A stretch of 64,000 nt of DNA from NCBI RefSeq assembly GCF_009914755.1, contig NC_060942.1; one strand, written 5' to 3'. Positions 24,296 to 37,355 of this stretch are shown here, in pieces. The translations under genes were made by a program, and so were the position numbers. The notes under the pieces are model-generated. The model saw only the letters and a program-made list of their open reading frames with translations, had not been told where the DNA came from and ran no database searches. Position 1 is the first letter of the stretch. Every line of letters starts with the position of its first letter. Source of the stretch: the human T2T-CHM13v2.0 reference genome, Homo sapiens.

Positions 24296-27200
24296 CTGTG
24301 CTCGTGGGATATTACTCAAGAAATCTTTGCCCAGTCCAATGTCCTAAAGAGATTCTCTGAAGTTTTCTTTTAGTAGTTTTACCATTTGAGGTCTTCAAAT
24401 CCTCAGTCCATTTTGATTTCATTTTTGTGTATAGAAAGAAGTAGGGTTCTAGTTATTAATACATTGCACATTTACATATGAATATCCAGTTATCCCAGCA
24501 TTATTAATTGAAGAGACTGTCATTTCTCCAATGTGTGTTCTTACCAACTTTGTTGAAAATGAGCTCCCTGTAGATGCATGGATTTGTTTCTCAGTTCTCT
24601 ATTTAATTCCATTGGTTTATAGGTCTGTTCTGAATGCCTGTACCATGCTGTTTTGGTTAGGATAGCTCTGTAGTATAATTTGAAGTCCCATGATATGATT
24701 CCTCCAGTTTTGTTCTTTTTGCTGAGGATGGCTTTGGTTATTCTGGATATTTTGTGGTTCCATATAATTTTTAGGAATTATTTTTCTATTTCTTTAAAGA
24801 ATGTAGTTAGGATTTTGATAGGGATGCATTGAATCTGTAGATTGCTTTGAGTAGTATGGATATTTGATAATATTGATTCTTCCAGTCCATGAACATAGAA
24901 TGTCTTTCCATTTATTGGTGTTCTGTTCAATTTTTTACATCAATGTTTTATAGTTTTCATTGTAGAGATCTTTCACTTCTTTGGCTAAGTTTATTCCTAG
25001 TTATTTTATTTTACTTGTAGCTATTGTAATATGAATACTTTCTTGATTTCTTTTTCAGGCTGTTAGCTGTAGACCTATAGACAGGGTATTATTTTTGTAT
25101 GTTAATTTTGTATCTTGCAACTTCATTGAATTTGTTTATCAGTTTTAATAGATTTTTTTTGGTGGAATCTTTTGGTTTTTCCAAATATGAGATCATATAA
25201 TCTGTAAACAAGGATAATTTGACTTATTCCTTTCCAATTTGGATGCCCTTTATTTCTTTTTCTTGCCTGCTTGTTCTTTCTAGGACCTCTAGCACTGTGT
25301 TGAATAATAGTGGTGAAAGTGGGTATCCTTAAATTCTTCCAAATCTTTGAGGAAAGTCTTTCATTTCTTTCCCCATTCAGTGTGACACTAGCTATGGGTC
25401 TGTCATATGTGGCTTTTATTGTATTTAAGTATTTTTCTTCTTTCCCAAGTTTTTTGAGGGTTTATATTATGAAAAGATGTTGAATTTTATCAAATGCTTT
25501 CTCACCATCAATTGAAATGATCATATGGTTTTTGTCCTTCATTCGGTTAATATGACGTATCACAAAGATTAATTTGCATATATTGAGTCATCCTTGCATC
25601 CATGGGGTAAATCCCGCTTGGTCAGGATGAATGATTTTTTTTTAATGTGCTGTTGTATTTAGTTTGCTAATATTTTGTTGAGGGTTTTTGCATCAGTGCT
25701 CATAAGGAATATTGGCCTGTAATTCTTTTTTTTTTGATTTATCTTTAGCTGGTTTTGGGACCAGGGTAATGCAGCCTTCATAGAATGAGTTTGGAAATGT
25801 TCCCTCATTCTCCATTTATTGGGATACTTTGAGTAGAATCGGTATTAGTTCTTGAAATGTTTGGTAAAATTCTGCAGTAAAGCCATCAGCTCCCAGGATT
25901 TTCTTTGCTAGACTTTTCTTTACTAGACTTTTTATTACAGTTTCAATATTGTTACTTGTTATTGGTCTGTTCAGATTTTGAATTTCTTCATATTTCAATC
26001 TTGGTAGGTTGTATGTGTCTAGGAATTTATCCATTTCGTCTAGGTTTTCCAATTTATTGGCATAGAGTTGCTTAAAATAGCCTCAATATCCTTTGAATTT
26101 CTGCAGTGTCTGTTGTAATGTCTCCTTTTGCAGCTCTGATTTTACTTATTTGGGCCTTCTGTCTTTTTTTTTTTAGTCTGGCTAAAAGTTTGTTGATTTT
26201 GTTTATCTTTTCAAAAAAACAACTTTTGGATTTTTTGATCTTTCATCTTGTTTTCTTCATTTTAATTTCATTTATTTGTGCTTTGATCAAAATTATTTCT
26301 TTTCTTCTACTAATTTTGTATTTTGTTTGCTCTTGCTTGTATAGTTCTTTAAGATGCATTGTTAGGTTTATTATTTGAAGTTTTCTACTTTTTTGATGTA
26401 GGCACTTATACCTGTGAACTTTCCTGTTAGTACTGCTTTTGCTCTATCTCATAGGATTTGGTATGTTGTGTTTCCATTATCATTTTTTTCAAGAAATTTT
26501 TCAATTTTCTTCTTAATTTCTTCATTGACTCATTGGTCATTCTGGAGCATATTGTTTAATTGCCATTTGTTTGTATCATTTTCAAAATTCCTCTTGTTAT
26601 TGTTTTCTAGTTTTATTCCATCATGATCAGAGAAGATACTTGATATTATTTCAATTTTTTGAATCGTTAAAGACTTGTTTTGTGGAGTAACATATTGTCT
26701 ATCCTTGAGACTGATCCATGTGCCAAAGAGAAGAAGGTGTATTCTGCAGCTGTTGGATGAGATGTTCTGTAAATATCTATTAGGTCCATTTAGTCCATAG
26801 TCTAGGAAAAGTCTAAGTCTTCTTTGTTGATTTTCTATTTGACCGATCTTCCAATGCTGCAAGTGGGGTGTCAAAGTCTCCAGCTATTACTATATTGGGG
26901 TATATCACTTTCTTTAGCTTTAATAATATTTGCTTAATATATATGGGTATTCTAGTGTTTATTGCATGTATATTTACAATTGTTATATCCTCTTGCTGAA
27001 TTGTTTCTTTTCTCATGACATAATGAACTTCTTTGTCTATTACTATAGTTTTTCTCTTGAAGTCTATTTTGTCTGATATAAGTATTACTATACCTACTCT
27101 TTTATGGTTCCCATTTGCATTAAACATCTTTTTCTATACCTTATTTTCAGTCTGTGTGTGTCTTTAAAGATGAAGTGTGCTTTTTGCAGGCAACAGATTG

Positions 27201-29905
27201 TTGGGTCTTATTTTTTATCCATTCAGCCACTCTAATTATTTGATTGGAGAGTTTAGTCCATTTACATTCAATGTTATTATTGATAAGTAAGGACATACTC
27301 CTACAATTTTGTTATTTGTTTTTTAGACGTTTCATGGTCTTTTTTCTCTCTTTTCTATCTTCCTTTTAGTGAAAGTGATTTTCCATGGTGGTATGTTTTA
27401 ATTTCTTGCTTTAAATTTTTTGTGCATCCATTGTACTTTTTGACTTGAGATTACCATAAGGCTTGCAAATAATCTCTTATAGCCCATTATTTTAAACAGA
27501 TGACAACTTAACATTGATTGCATAAACCAAAAAGCAAGCGAAGAGAAAACTAATTAAAACTCTAGACTTTAACTTTATCCCCCACTTTTTAACTTTTTAT
27601 TGTTCCTATTTATATCTTATTGTACTATGTCTTAAAAAGTTGTAGTTATTTTTGATTAGTTCATCTTTTAGTCTTTCTACTCAAGATATGGGTAGTTTAC
27701 ACACCACAGTTACAGTGTTATGATATTCTGTGTTTTTCTGTTTACTTACTATAACCAGTGAGTTTTCTACCTTCAGATAATTCTTATTGCTCATTAACAT
27801 CCTTTTCTTTTAGATTGAAGAAATTCCTTCAGATTACCTTGTGTAACAGGTCTGATCTTGATAAAATCCCTCAGTTTTTGTTTGAATGGAAAAAGTCTTT
27901 ATTGTTCATGTTTGAAGGATATTTTTTGCTGGATATATTATTCTAGGATAAAAGGTTTTTCCTTCAGCACTTTAAATATGTCATGCCCAATAACAAGCAA
28001 TGGAAAAAGAACTCTCTATTCAATAAATGGTGTTGGGAGAACTGGATAGTCATATGCAGAAGATTGAAACTGTAACCTTTTCTTTTATATTATACAAAAA
28101 TCAAGTCAAGATGGAGTAAAGATTTAAATGTAAATCCTAAGACTATAAAAACTCAGGAAGGAAACCTAGGAAGTACCATTCTGGACAATGGCTCTGGTAA
28201 AGATTTCATGATAAAGACTTCAAAAGCAATTGCAACAAAAACAAAAATTGACAAGTGGGAGGGACTTAATTGAAGAGCTTCTGCATAGCAAAAGAAACTC
28301 TAAAGACAGTGAACAGACAACATATAGAATGGGAGAAAATATTTACAAACTATGCATATGACAAATGTCTAATACCTGGAATTTTATAAGGAAGTTAAAC
28401 AAATCAACAAGCAAAAAACAAATAACCCCATTAAAACATTGACAAAGGCCATGAACACTTCTCCAAAGAAGACACATGGCCAAAAAGCATAAGAAAAAAT
28501 GCTCAACATAACTAATCATTAGGGAAATGCAAATTAAAACCACAATGAGATAACATCTCATACTAGTTAGAATGGCTATTATTAAAAAAATCAAAAAATA
28601 ACAGACGCTGGTGAGTTAGTGGAGAAAGGGGGATGCTTATACACTGCTGGTGGAAATTTAAATTAGTTAAGCCATTGTGGAAAATAGTTCAGATATTTCT
28701 CAAAGAACTTAAAAAAAGACCATTTGACCCACAATCCTATTACTGGGTATATACCAAAGGAACAGAAATCATTCTACCATAAAGACACATGCATGTATAT
28801 ATTCATTGCAGAACTATTCTTGATAGCAAAGTCATGAAATCAACCTAGACGCCCATCAATGGTGGACTGGATAATGAAAATGTGGTATATATACACCATA
28901 GAATACTATGCAACCATAAAAATAATGATATTATGTCCTGTACAGCAACATGGATGGAGCTGGAGGCCATTATTCTAAGTGAATTAATGTGGAACCAGAG
29001 AATCAAATACCACATATTCTCACTCAAAAGTGGGAACTAAACATTGAGTACACGTGGACACAAAGAAGGGAACAATGGGCATTGGAGCCATTTGAAGGTG
29101 GAGGGTGGGAGGAGGGTGAGGATCTAAAAACTACCTATCAAGTACTAAGCTCATTACCTGAGTGATGAAATAATCTGTACATCAAACCCCCACAACAGAC
29201 AATTTACTCATGTAACAAATCTGCACATGTACGCTCTGAACTTAAAATAAAAGTTGGAAAGAAAAAAATAAACAAACAAATGAGTAAATAAATAAATACG
29301 TCATGCCACTCTCCCCTGACTTGTAAAGTTTCCATGAAAAAGTCTGCTGCCAGATGTACAGAAGCTCCATTGCATGTTATTTATTTCTTTTCTATTGCTG
29401 CTTTTTGGATCTTTTCTTTATGCTTGACCTTTGGGAGTTTGATTACTAAATGTCATGAGGTAGTCTTATTTGAGTTAAATCTATTTGGCATTCTAAATAA
29501 CTTTCTCATGCTTTAATATTGATATCTTTCTCTAGGTTTTGGGAAGTTATCTGTTTATTCCCTTTGAGTAAACTTTCTATTCCTATCTCTCTCTCTACTT
29601 CCTCTTTAAGGCCAACAACTCTTAGAATTATCCTATTGAGTCTATTTTCTAGACCTTATAGATGTGCTTTGTTCTTTTTTATTCTTTTGTCCCCTCTGTG
29701 TACTTTCAAACACCCTGTCTTCAAGTTCACTAATTCTTTCTTCTGTTTGATCAATTCTGCTGGTAAGAGATTCATGAATTCCTCAATATGTCAATTGCAT
29801 TTTTCAATGCCAGAATTTCTACTTGATTATTTTTAATTATTTAAATCTCTGTTAAATAGAAGATAGGATTCTGAATTTTTTCTTGGTGTTATCTTGAATT
29901 TCATT
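24296..29905 (-). mobile_element. L1MA-type LINE-1 (ORF1 through much of ORF2, 3'-truncated), split by a younger L1
   Basis: - strand ORF remnants: endonuclease (26813-27127, GIVILISDKIDFK...IIAGDFDTPL) and [18 protein letters not shown]...[13 protein letters not shown] (25816-26052); ORF1-like sequence resumes after 29293. Confidence 0.88.
27988..29293 (+). mobile_element. 5'-truncated L1PA15/16-like LINE-1
   Basis: Sense ORF2 3' end and 3' UTR (GGTGGGAGGAGGGTGAGGATCTAAAAACTACC...AAAATAAAAGTTGG) with A-rich tail; 14-bp TSD AAATA(T/C)GTCATGCC at 27974-27987 and 29294-29307. Confidence 0.9.
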
Positions 29906-31579
29906 GTGTTTCATATAATTCAACATAACATTTTCTCTTTATCCAACATGCTGAATGTTTTTCTCAGTACTATTTTCCAAATCAGTAACTTTCTCTTCTG
30001 CTGTGTCTAGTCTCCATCACTTCGGTTGCATTTTTACTTAAATGCCTAAATTTTTCATTTCTAGACTTATGAATTGGTTCTTTTTCCTGTACCACCAATC
30101 TTATTTTCTTTCTGCCTGTTTGGATTTATAACTTTTTCTGAATAATGAGGAAAATGGTTTGTCTTTTAAAAATCCTTAGCATACAAAAAGCAATCTAACA
30201 ACAGACTGAAAAACTGACCAATTAAAAAGCATTTAATCTAAAATATTTATAATGCATTTAATTTAGAATATCTGGAATGAGTATTCTTCAATAGTAATTG
30301 TGTTGGCTGGCATTCTTACTATTTGAATTATTAATTTGTTTTTGAAATTTTGATTTGTATGGTCATTTTGATTTGACTTGAAAGTTTTGGTTTGTTTGTT
30401 TCAGACTTGTTTTGGGTTATATAATTCTTCTCTGAAAAGAAGCATGTAGTTGTCAGTTCATTGATGCCTTAGGCTGTTAACCCTAAAGTAGTTATTTTAC
30501 AGGTATTTCAGTAGTTTTGCTTTGCAGGGGTGTTTACATTGCAAATCCACTTACAGAGACAAAGATTAGCTCAATTGAGTTCAGCATCACATGGCTGTTC
30601 CTTTCTTTCACCTTCCTAGCCCTGTAGTTTTCAGTAAAAGAATAATCCCATGAGGCAATTTGGGAATTAATATTTTAATATCTATTATGAGAAAGAAAAT
30701 AACAGAAACCCAGCTTCCAACATTAAGAATAGGCTCAGGACCTACCTTAAGTGGAACACTTCTAGTTCCTTTTATACCATGGTAACTGAACTTCTGGGCA
30801 TCATAGTTTGTTTCTGTCATCAGAACCAGCAGTCCTAAGGGACATTTGGCTAATAAAGTTTATTTTCCTGCATTTTCTCTTTTTGTAGGTTCATTACCAT
30901 TGCCTGTGTATGGAGTCAAAGAGGAATGATGAAGAGTGAACTTGAGGAGCCATCATGAATAGAAATACTTTTTCCCTATACATATCCCTAACAGAGTTGG
31001 AATGAAAAATTGGTTCAAGGAAGTGTTTCACAGTGATTGCTCAGTGGGTCATCTAGTTCAGACATTCATGAACAGCGTTCTGTCATCACCCACAGCATAT
31101 TGAAAGGTTTTGAGTGTTTCCTGCATCACGTTTTTGTTAGAGAACGCTTTTTGTTAGAAAACAAAGGCTCTTGCTTTCTTTCCTGATACCCCGTTCCTAC
31201 CTCACTCATATCTTAATTGTCTTACACTTTTAGAGGGACTTTTTTCCATTCCCCTACAACATTCCATTGCTGACAGAAAGGCTGACAAGGCAGCTGACAC
31301 AGTGGCTATTACTTTGAGCAGTTTCTAAACAATATTATTTTGCTGCCCTTCTGCTTTCTGTGAAATTATAGGGTGCTTTCTTTTGTGTGCAACAATGGAG
31401 CTCAGCTCCCACACTAGGGGTCCTGAACAGATTCCATATCAACCTCCTGAGCTTTAGTATTAATGTAATTATCAGCTGAAGATATCAATTCAGGCACTCA
31501 CGTTGTCACTATATTGGTTCATCTTCATGCCAGAAAAAGCAGGAATGGAGTTCTAAAGTCTGGTCTGGATTTATAATGG

Positions 31580-31670
31580 GTGTGTTGCATGTATATAATC
31601 ATATATATTTATGCATGTATACATTATATAGATACATATATGTATACACCATATACATCTATGTATAGAT
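31580..31670. repeat. TA/CA-rich low-complexity tract
   Basis: Degenerate (TA)n/(TATG)n. Confidence 0.7.
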
Positions 31671-32483
31671 AATCTCTTGCTAATTTGAGTAACATCTTGA
31701 GTAAATAAGAGCAATATTTGTAGAAATGCATGGTGACAGATCAGCCATGAATCTGAATAGGGGGCTGATAAATTCTCACTACCTTCATCTACCTGACAAA
31801 AAGACCTGCTAAACAGCTGGTGAAAATTCAATCAGATACCTGCAAATAGCAAGCATCCTATGTGAAAAATGAAGAAGTTTGGTGAACATCTTGGACTGGA
31901 ATTACACAGAATGGAAAATAAAGGAGAAGTTTCCTCTCCTCCTTAGATGAAATCATGCCATATTTAGTTGCTGTCACCATTTTATGTCAATTCAAACCAC
32001 TCTAATTTTCTTTCCATTCCCAGTCTACCAAAAATACAATCCCCAATTTTCCCTGATCCTGTTGTTTTCATTAATTCCTCTCCCAGGGACTTACCTAATG
32101 CACAAGATTAATGTGTTTCTGACTAGAGAATAGCAGTCTCCAACATGGAGTATATACAGCCAAGACACATGATAATCCATTGAGCAGTGTGAGAAAACTA
32201 TGAAAATTTCATTGACCATTTCCACCTTCTTTTTAGTTTCCATATTTGAAAATGTTTTTTAATGTTTATGACATTTTAATACTACTGTATACAGTATCAT
32301 CATAATCAACAAATATATAGATTTTGTATTATATTGTATGTAATATAAAAAGTAGATACATAATTTAAACAGAATATATTAGGTTATAATGTATAATATT
32401 ATAAACATTATGAATACATGTAGCTTACTATTTTTTCATACCAGAGATGTGCAATTCAAAAAATTTGAAGAACAATGTTCTCG

Positions 32484-32665
32484 AGCATGTCTTCTCAAAC
32501 TTTAATATGTACACATACCATCTTTTTTTTAAATGCATATTGAAGATTGTAATGCATATTGAGATTCAATAGTTCTGGGATGGGGTTAGAGCATTTGCAT
32601 TTCTAACAAATTCCCAGGTGCTGGTGGTGCTGCTGGTCCTTGGATTACACCTGGACTCGCAAGGC
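32484..32665. mobile_element. MER5A hAT-Charlie MITE
   Basis: CTTCTCAAACTTTAAT...TTTGCATTTCTAACAAATTCCCAGGTG...TGCTGCTGGTCC. Confidence 0.8.
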
Positions 32666-32730
32666 ATAAGTAAGATTTAATGGCCTGCTATCAGTGGAGG
32701 GAAACTCCAGGAGAGCTACCAACTGACATC

Positions 32731-33097
32731 TGTTGTAGTCTGTGCTCACACTGCTATAAAGGTACTATCCAAGACTGGGTAATTTATAAAATAAAGTGGT
32801 TTGATTGACTCACAGTTCCACATGGTTGGGGAGGCCTCAGGAAACATATAACCATTGGGGAAGGAAAAGTGGAAGCAAGGACCTTCTTCACATGGCAGCA
32901 GAAGAGAGAAGAGTGAAGGAGGAACTTGCCAAACACTAATAAAACCATCAGCACTTGTGAGAACTCACTATCATGAGAACAGCATGGGGGAAACCATCCC
33001 CACGATCCAATCAACTCCCACCAGGTTCCTCCCTCAACACCTGGGGATTACAATTCAAGATGATATTTGGGTGGGGACACAAAGCCTAAACATACCA
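32731..33097 (-). mobile_element. THE1D/MST-like MaLR solo LTR
   Basis: ACTGGGTAATTTATAAA...GGGAGGCCTCAGGAAAC...GAGAACAGCATGGGGGAAACC...TTGGGTGGGGACACA. Confidence 0.88.
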
Positions 33098-33099
33098 TC

Positions 33100-34430
33100 T
33101 GTCAACAGCCAACATTCCCAGCAGATGGAGAAATGAATGTCTTTGTCCTAAAGGGTAAGGATCTGAGCATCACACTGCAACAATTTATCTTAACTAGCCC
33201 CTTGTTACTCTTGAATATACTTTGTAAAATAAACTTCTCCAGGATTCTGATGGACCTCCTTTCCTGTGGAAACAAAGTTTACTAGGATGAACTAGAGTTG
33301 CCATTACTGCTGGTCTTACAACTGCAACTCATGCTCAGCAAAACTGAGCCAAGTGGCACCAAGAAGTATCCAAGTGAGTGACCTGGGTATGAAACATATT
33401 TTCTGCCTGCATTATGTAACAGCACTCCAACCTGTTCCTGATGATCAGAGTCAATTACCCCATCTTTCCATCCCTGCTGGTTTGATGGAACAATAAAGCT
33501 GAAGTAAAGGGATGGGAGCTATAGCTTAGAGTTTCATGGGTTTCATGTTTTCTCAACTGTTAGAAGCCTTCCCCTGATGAGAACCAGGAACTTTAATTTT
33601 TCAGAGCCCAGAAGCTTAGGAATGGGAAGCACAAATTTCCCAAGTGAGTCGCTAAAACTGATAGAAAGTGGGGTCTCTCCTGGATCTGTCTTTTGGATCC
33701 CATATCCAAGACTCTACCTACTGGGATCCTTGAGATGTCCTAGAAAGTGCACATCTTCCTCACAGGGTGTCATCACTAAGTTGGAACCCCCGTTACAGCT
33801 TCAACAGGTTATTCCCTTACTTTACCAGGCTGGCATATGGTGGGTGACATGAAATATGGAAAGACCAATAGGTCCCATCCTTGGGCATATGTTTGCTGCC
33901 ATATCTCCTTTGTTGTAAAGAGGGTCCCTTGGTCTAGTAGAGTGTTATACAGAATATGATCCCATGTTGTAGTAAAAACTATCTAAGCCCTAAGATATAA
34001 GTGTTAGATAAGGTCTACTAGGCAAGAAAAGCAAATCCATACCTAAATGCCGTTCAATTTTACTATTCCAGAGACCACTCTTGTGGGAGCTCAAAGGATG
34101 CAGTGTTGGGAAGAGAATAAAGTTAACTTTGATGTAGACACAACAAAGGCATTAGGACAATTCTATGAGATGTCGTGACATGAAATGGCCTTTCAGAATT
34201 CTCCCACATTGAGACAAGGAAGCCAGGGCTTTATAGACATATGTGGACAAGTTATTTGATATAAGATGCTCTTTGGAAGGGGTAAAAGTGGCTCTTTTCA
34301 GGTCATGGCAATTCTTACAGAGAAATTCATCTGTCTGCTGCAAATATTCCCGAATCCTATTGCTCCTTAAAGAGGGTGACAGAATCTGAGCCTCACAGCA
34401 CAGTATCATAGCATCCAATATAAGATATAT
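33100..34430 (-). mobile_element. Decayed ERVL/MaLR LTR and internal fragments
   Basis: GAAAGACCAATAGGTCCCATCC...TTGTTGTAAAGAGGGTCCCTTGGTC resembles antisense ERVL integrase-region DNA; no intact ORF. Confidence 0.45.
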
Positions 34431-34434
34431 AGAT

Positions 34435-35388
<954 letters not shown>

Positions 35389-35429
35389 GATATAACTGCT
35401 CTCTCTACTCTTAGAAGTAAATTATGATC

Positions 35430-35735
35430 AGCCAGATGTGGTGGTTCATGCCTGTAATCCCAGCACTTTGGAAGGCCAAGGCAGGCAGATCACCTGAAGT
35501 CAGGAGATTGAGACCAGCCTGGACAACATATTGAAACCCCACCTCTATTAAAAATACAAAAATTAGCCAGGCATGGTGGCGTGGGCCTGTAGTTGCAGCT
35601 ACTAGGGAGGACTGAGGCAGGAGAATCACTTGAACCCAGGAGGCAGAGGTCACAGTGAGCCAAGATCACACCACTGCCTTCCAGCCTGGGCGACAGAGTG
35701 AGACTCCATCTCAAAAAAAAAAAAAAAAAAAAAAA
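35430..35735 (+). mobile_element. AluSx-like
   Basis: GATCACCTGAAGTCAGGAG; long pure A tail; TSD AAGT(A/G)AATTATGATCA at 35415-35430 and 35736-35751. Confidence 0.93.
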
Positions 35736-36462
35736 AAGTGAATTATGATCAGTTTCTTTTCAATGGAGTCAATGGAGACACGATTTTTCAGCTAAAGTTG
35801 TCAGATACCTTGTCATACAGAATATAAGAGTAGAAAGTAAAACAGCGTTAGATCCTTGCAAGCAGAGAATTCCAAAACAGAGATCAAGAAAATTAAGAGG
35901 ACAAAATGTGAAAATGATGAAATTTTTTAAGCCAAAAATAAAATTCGAATCCTCCTAACCAACTGAAGGGACCCACTCTGGACCAAGAGAAACCTGAAAA
36001 AATTCCCACCCATAATGGGAATTGAGGTCACCAAGCCTCTGTATATACAGACCCTCCCCTTTGGAGTTTAGGCACAACTTCTCCGCATTAACGTTAGAAT
36101 AGAGATCATAAGACTGACAAAACAGACTCCTAGCAATAAGATACCAAATTCCAACTCAAGTCTGGTATAGCAACACATGACAGCAGGCCCTGTAGGAAAT
36201 AAAAGTATTTTACCCCAAATATATTTTTTGACATATTTTGAAATGGCCCTGAAAAGCCATTTTCATTGGGGAACTTTTGTATCTGTAGAGAATCTCCATT
36301 AATGCAGCTAGGTCTTTCCCAGATCTAAGAGAGATTAACTAATTAACTAAGAGAGATTAACTAAGAGTCTGAACCCTTTTAAGATAGAAAAAATATATTT
36401 ATCGTCTATTTTGTCTGAAGCCTGTGACCTGGACGCTTCATCTACACAACAAAACCATTGTT

Positions 36463-36823
<361 letters not shown>

Positions 36824-36845
36824 ACGTTGGCTTCCACAATCCCCC

Positions 36846-37355
36846 TTTGATGGTTAATATTGAGTGTCAACTTGACTGGATTGAAGGATGCAAAGTATTG
36901 TTTCTGGGTGTGTCTTTGAGGGTGGACTGGGAGATCCAGACCCACCCTCAAGCTGGGTGGGCACCATCATCAGCTGCCAACACAGCTAGTATACTAGCAA
37001 GTAGAGGAACATGGAAGAACTAAAATTGCTGAGTCTTCCAGCCTCCATCTTTCTCCTATGCTGGATTCTTCCTGCCCTTGAACATTGGACTCCAAGTTCT
37101 TCAGCTTTTGGACTCTTGGAGTTACACCAGTGATTTCCTAGGGGCTCTCGGACCTTTGAACATTTACTGAAGGCTGCACTGTCATCTTCCCTACTTTTGA
37201 AGTTTTTGGACTTGGACTGGCTTTCTGGCTCCTCAGCTTGCAGATGGCCTCCTGTGGGACCTTCACCTTGTGATCATGTGAGTCAAGTCTAATAAATCTC
37301 CCTTCATATATTCATCTATTATATTAGCTCTGTCCCTTTAGAGAACCCTAATACA
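36846..37355 (+). mobile_element. MLT2A (HERVL) solo LTR
   Basis: TGATGGTTAATATTGAGTGTCAACTTGA start and GAGAACCCTAATACA end; TSD-like CCCCC / CTCCC. Confidence 0.88.

Noticed and set aside
25816-27127. Endonuclease-like and ORF2-like peptides
   Set aside because: Decayed L1MA ORF2 split over several frames.
33117-33132. CTCF-like CCAGCAGATGGAGA
   Set aside because: Mismatch at the conserved GGC position and located in decayed LTR sequence; too weak to call.
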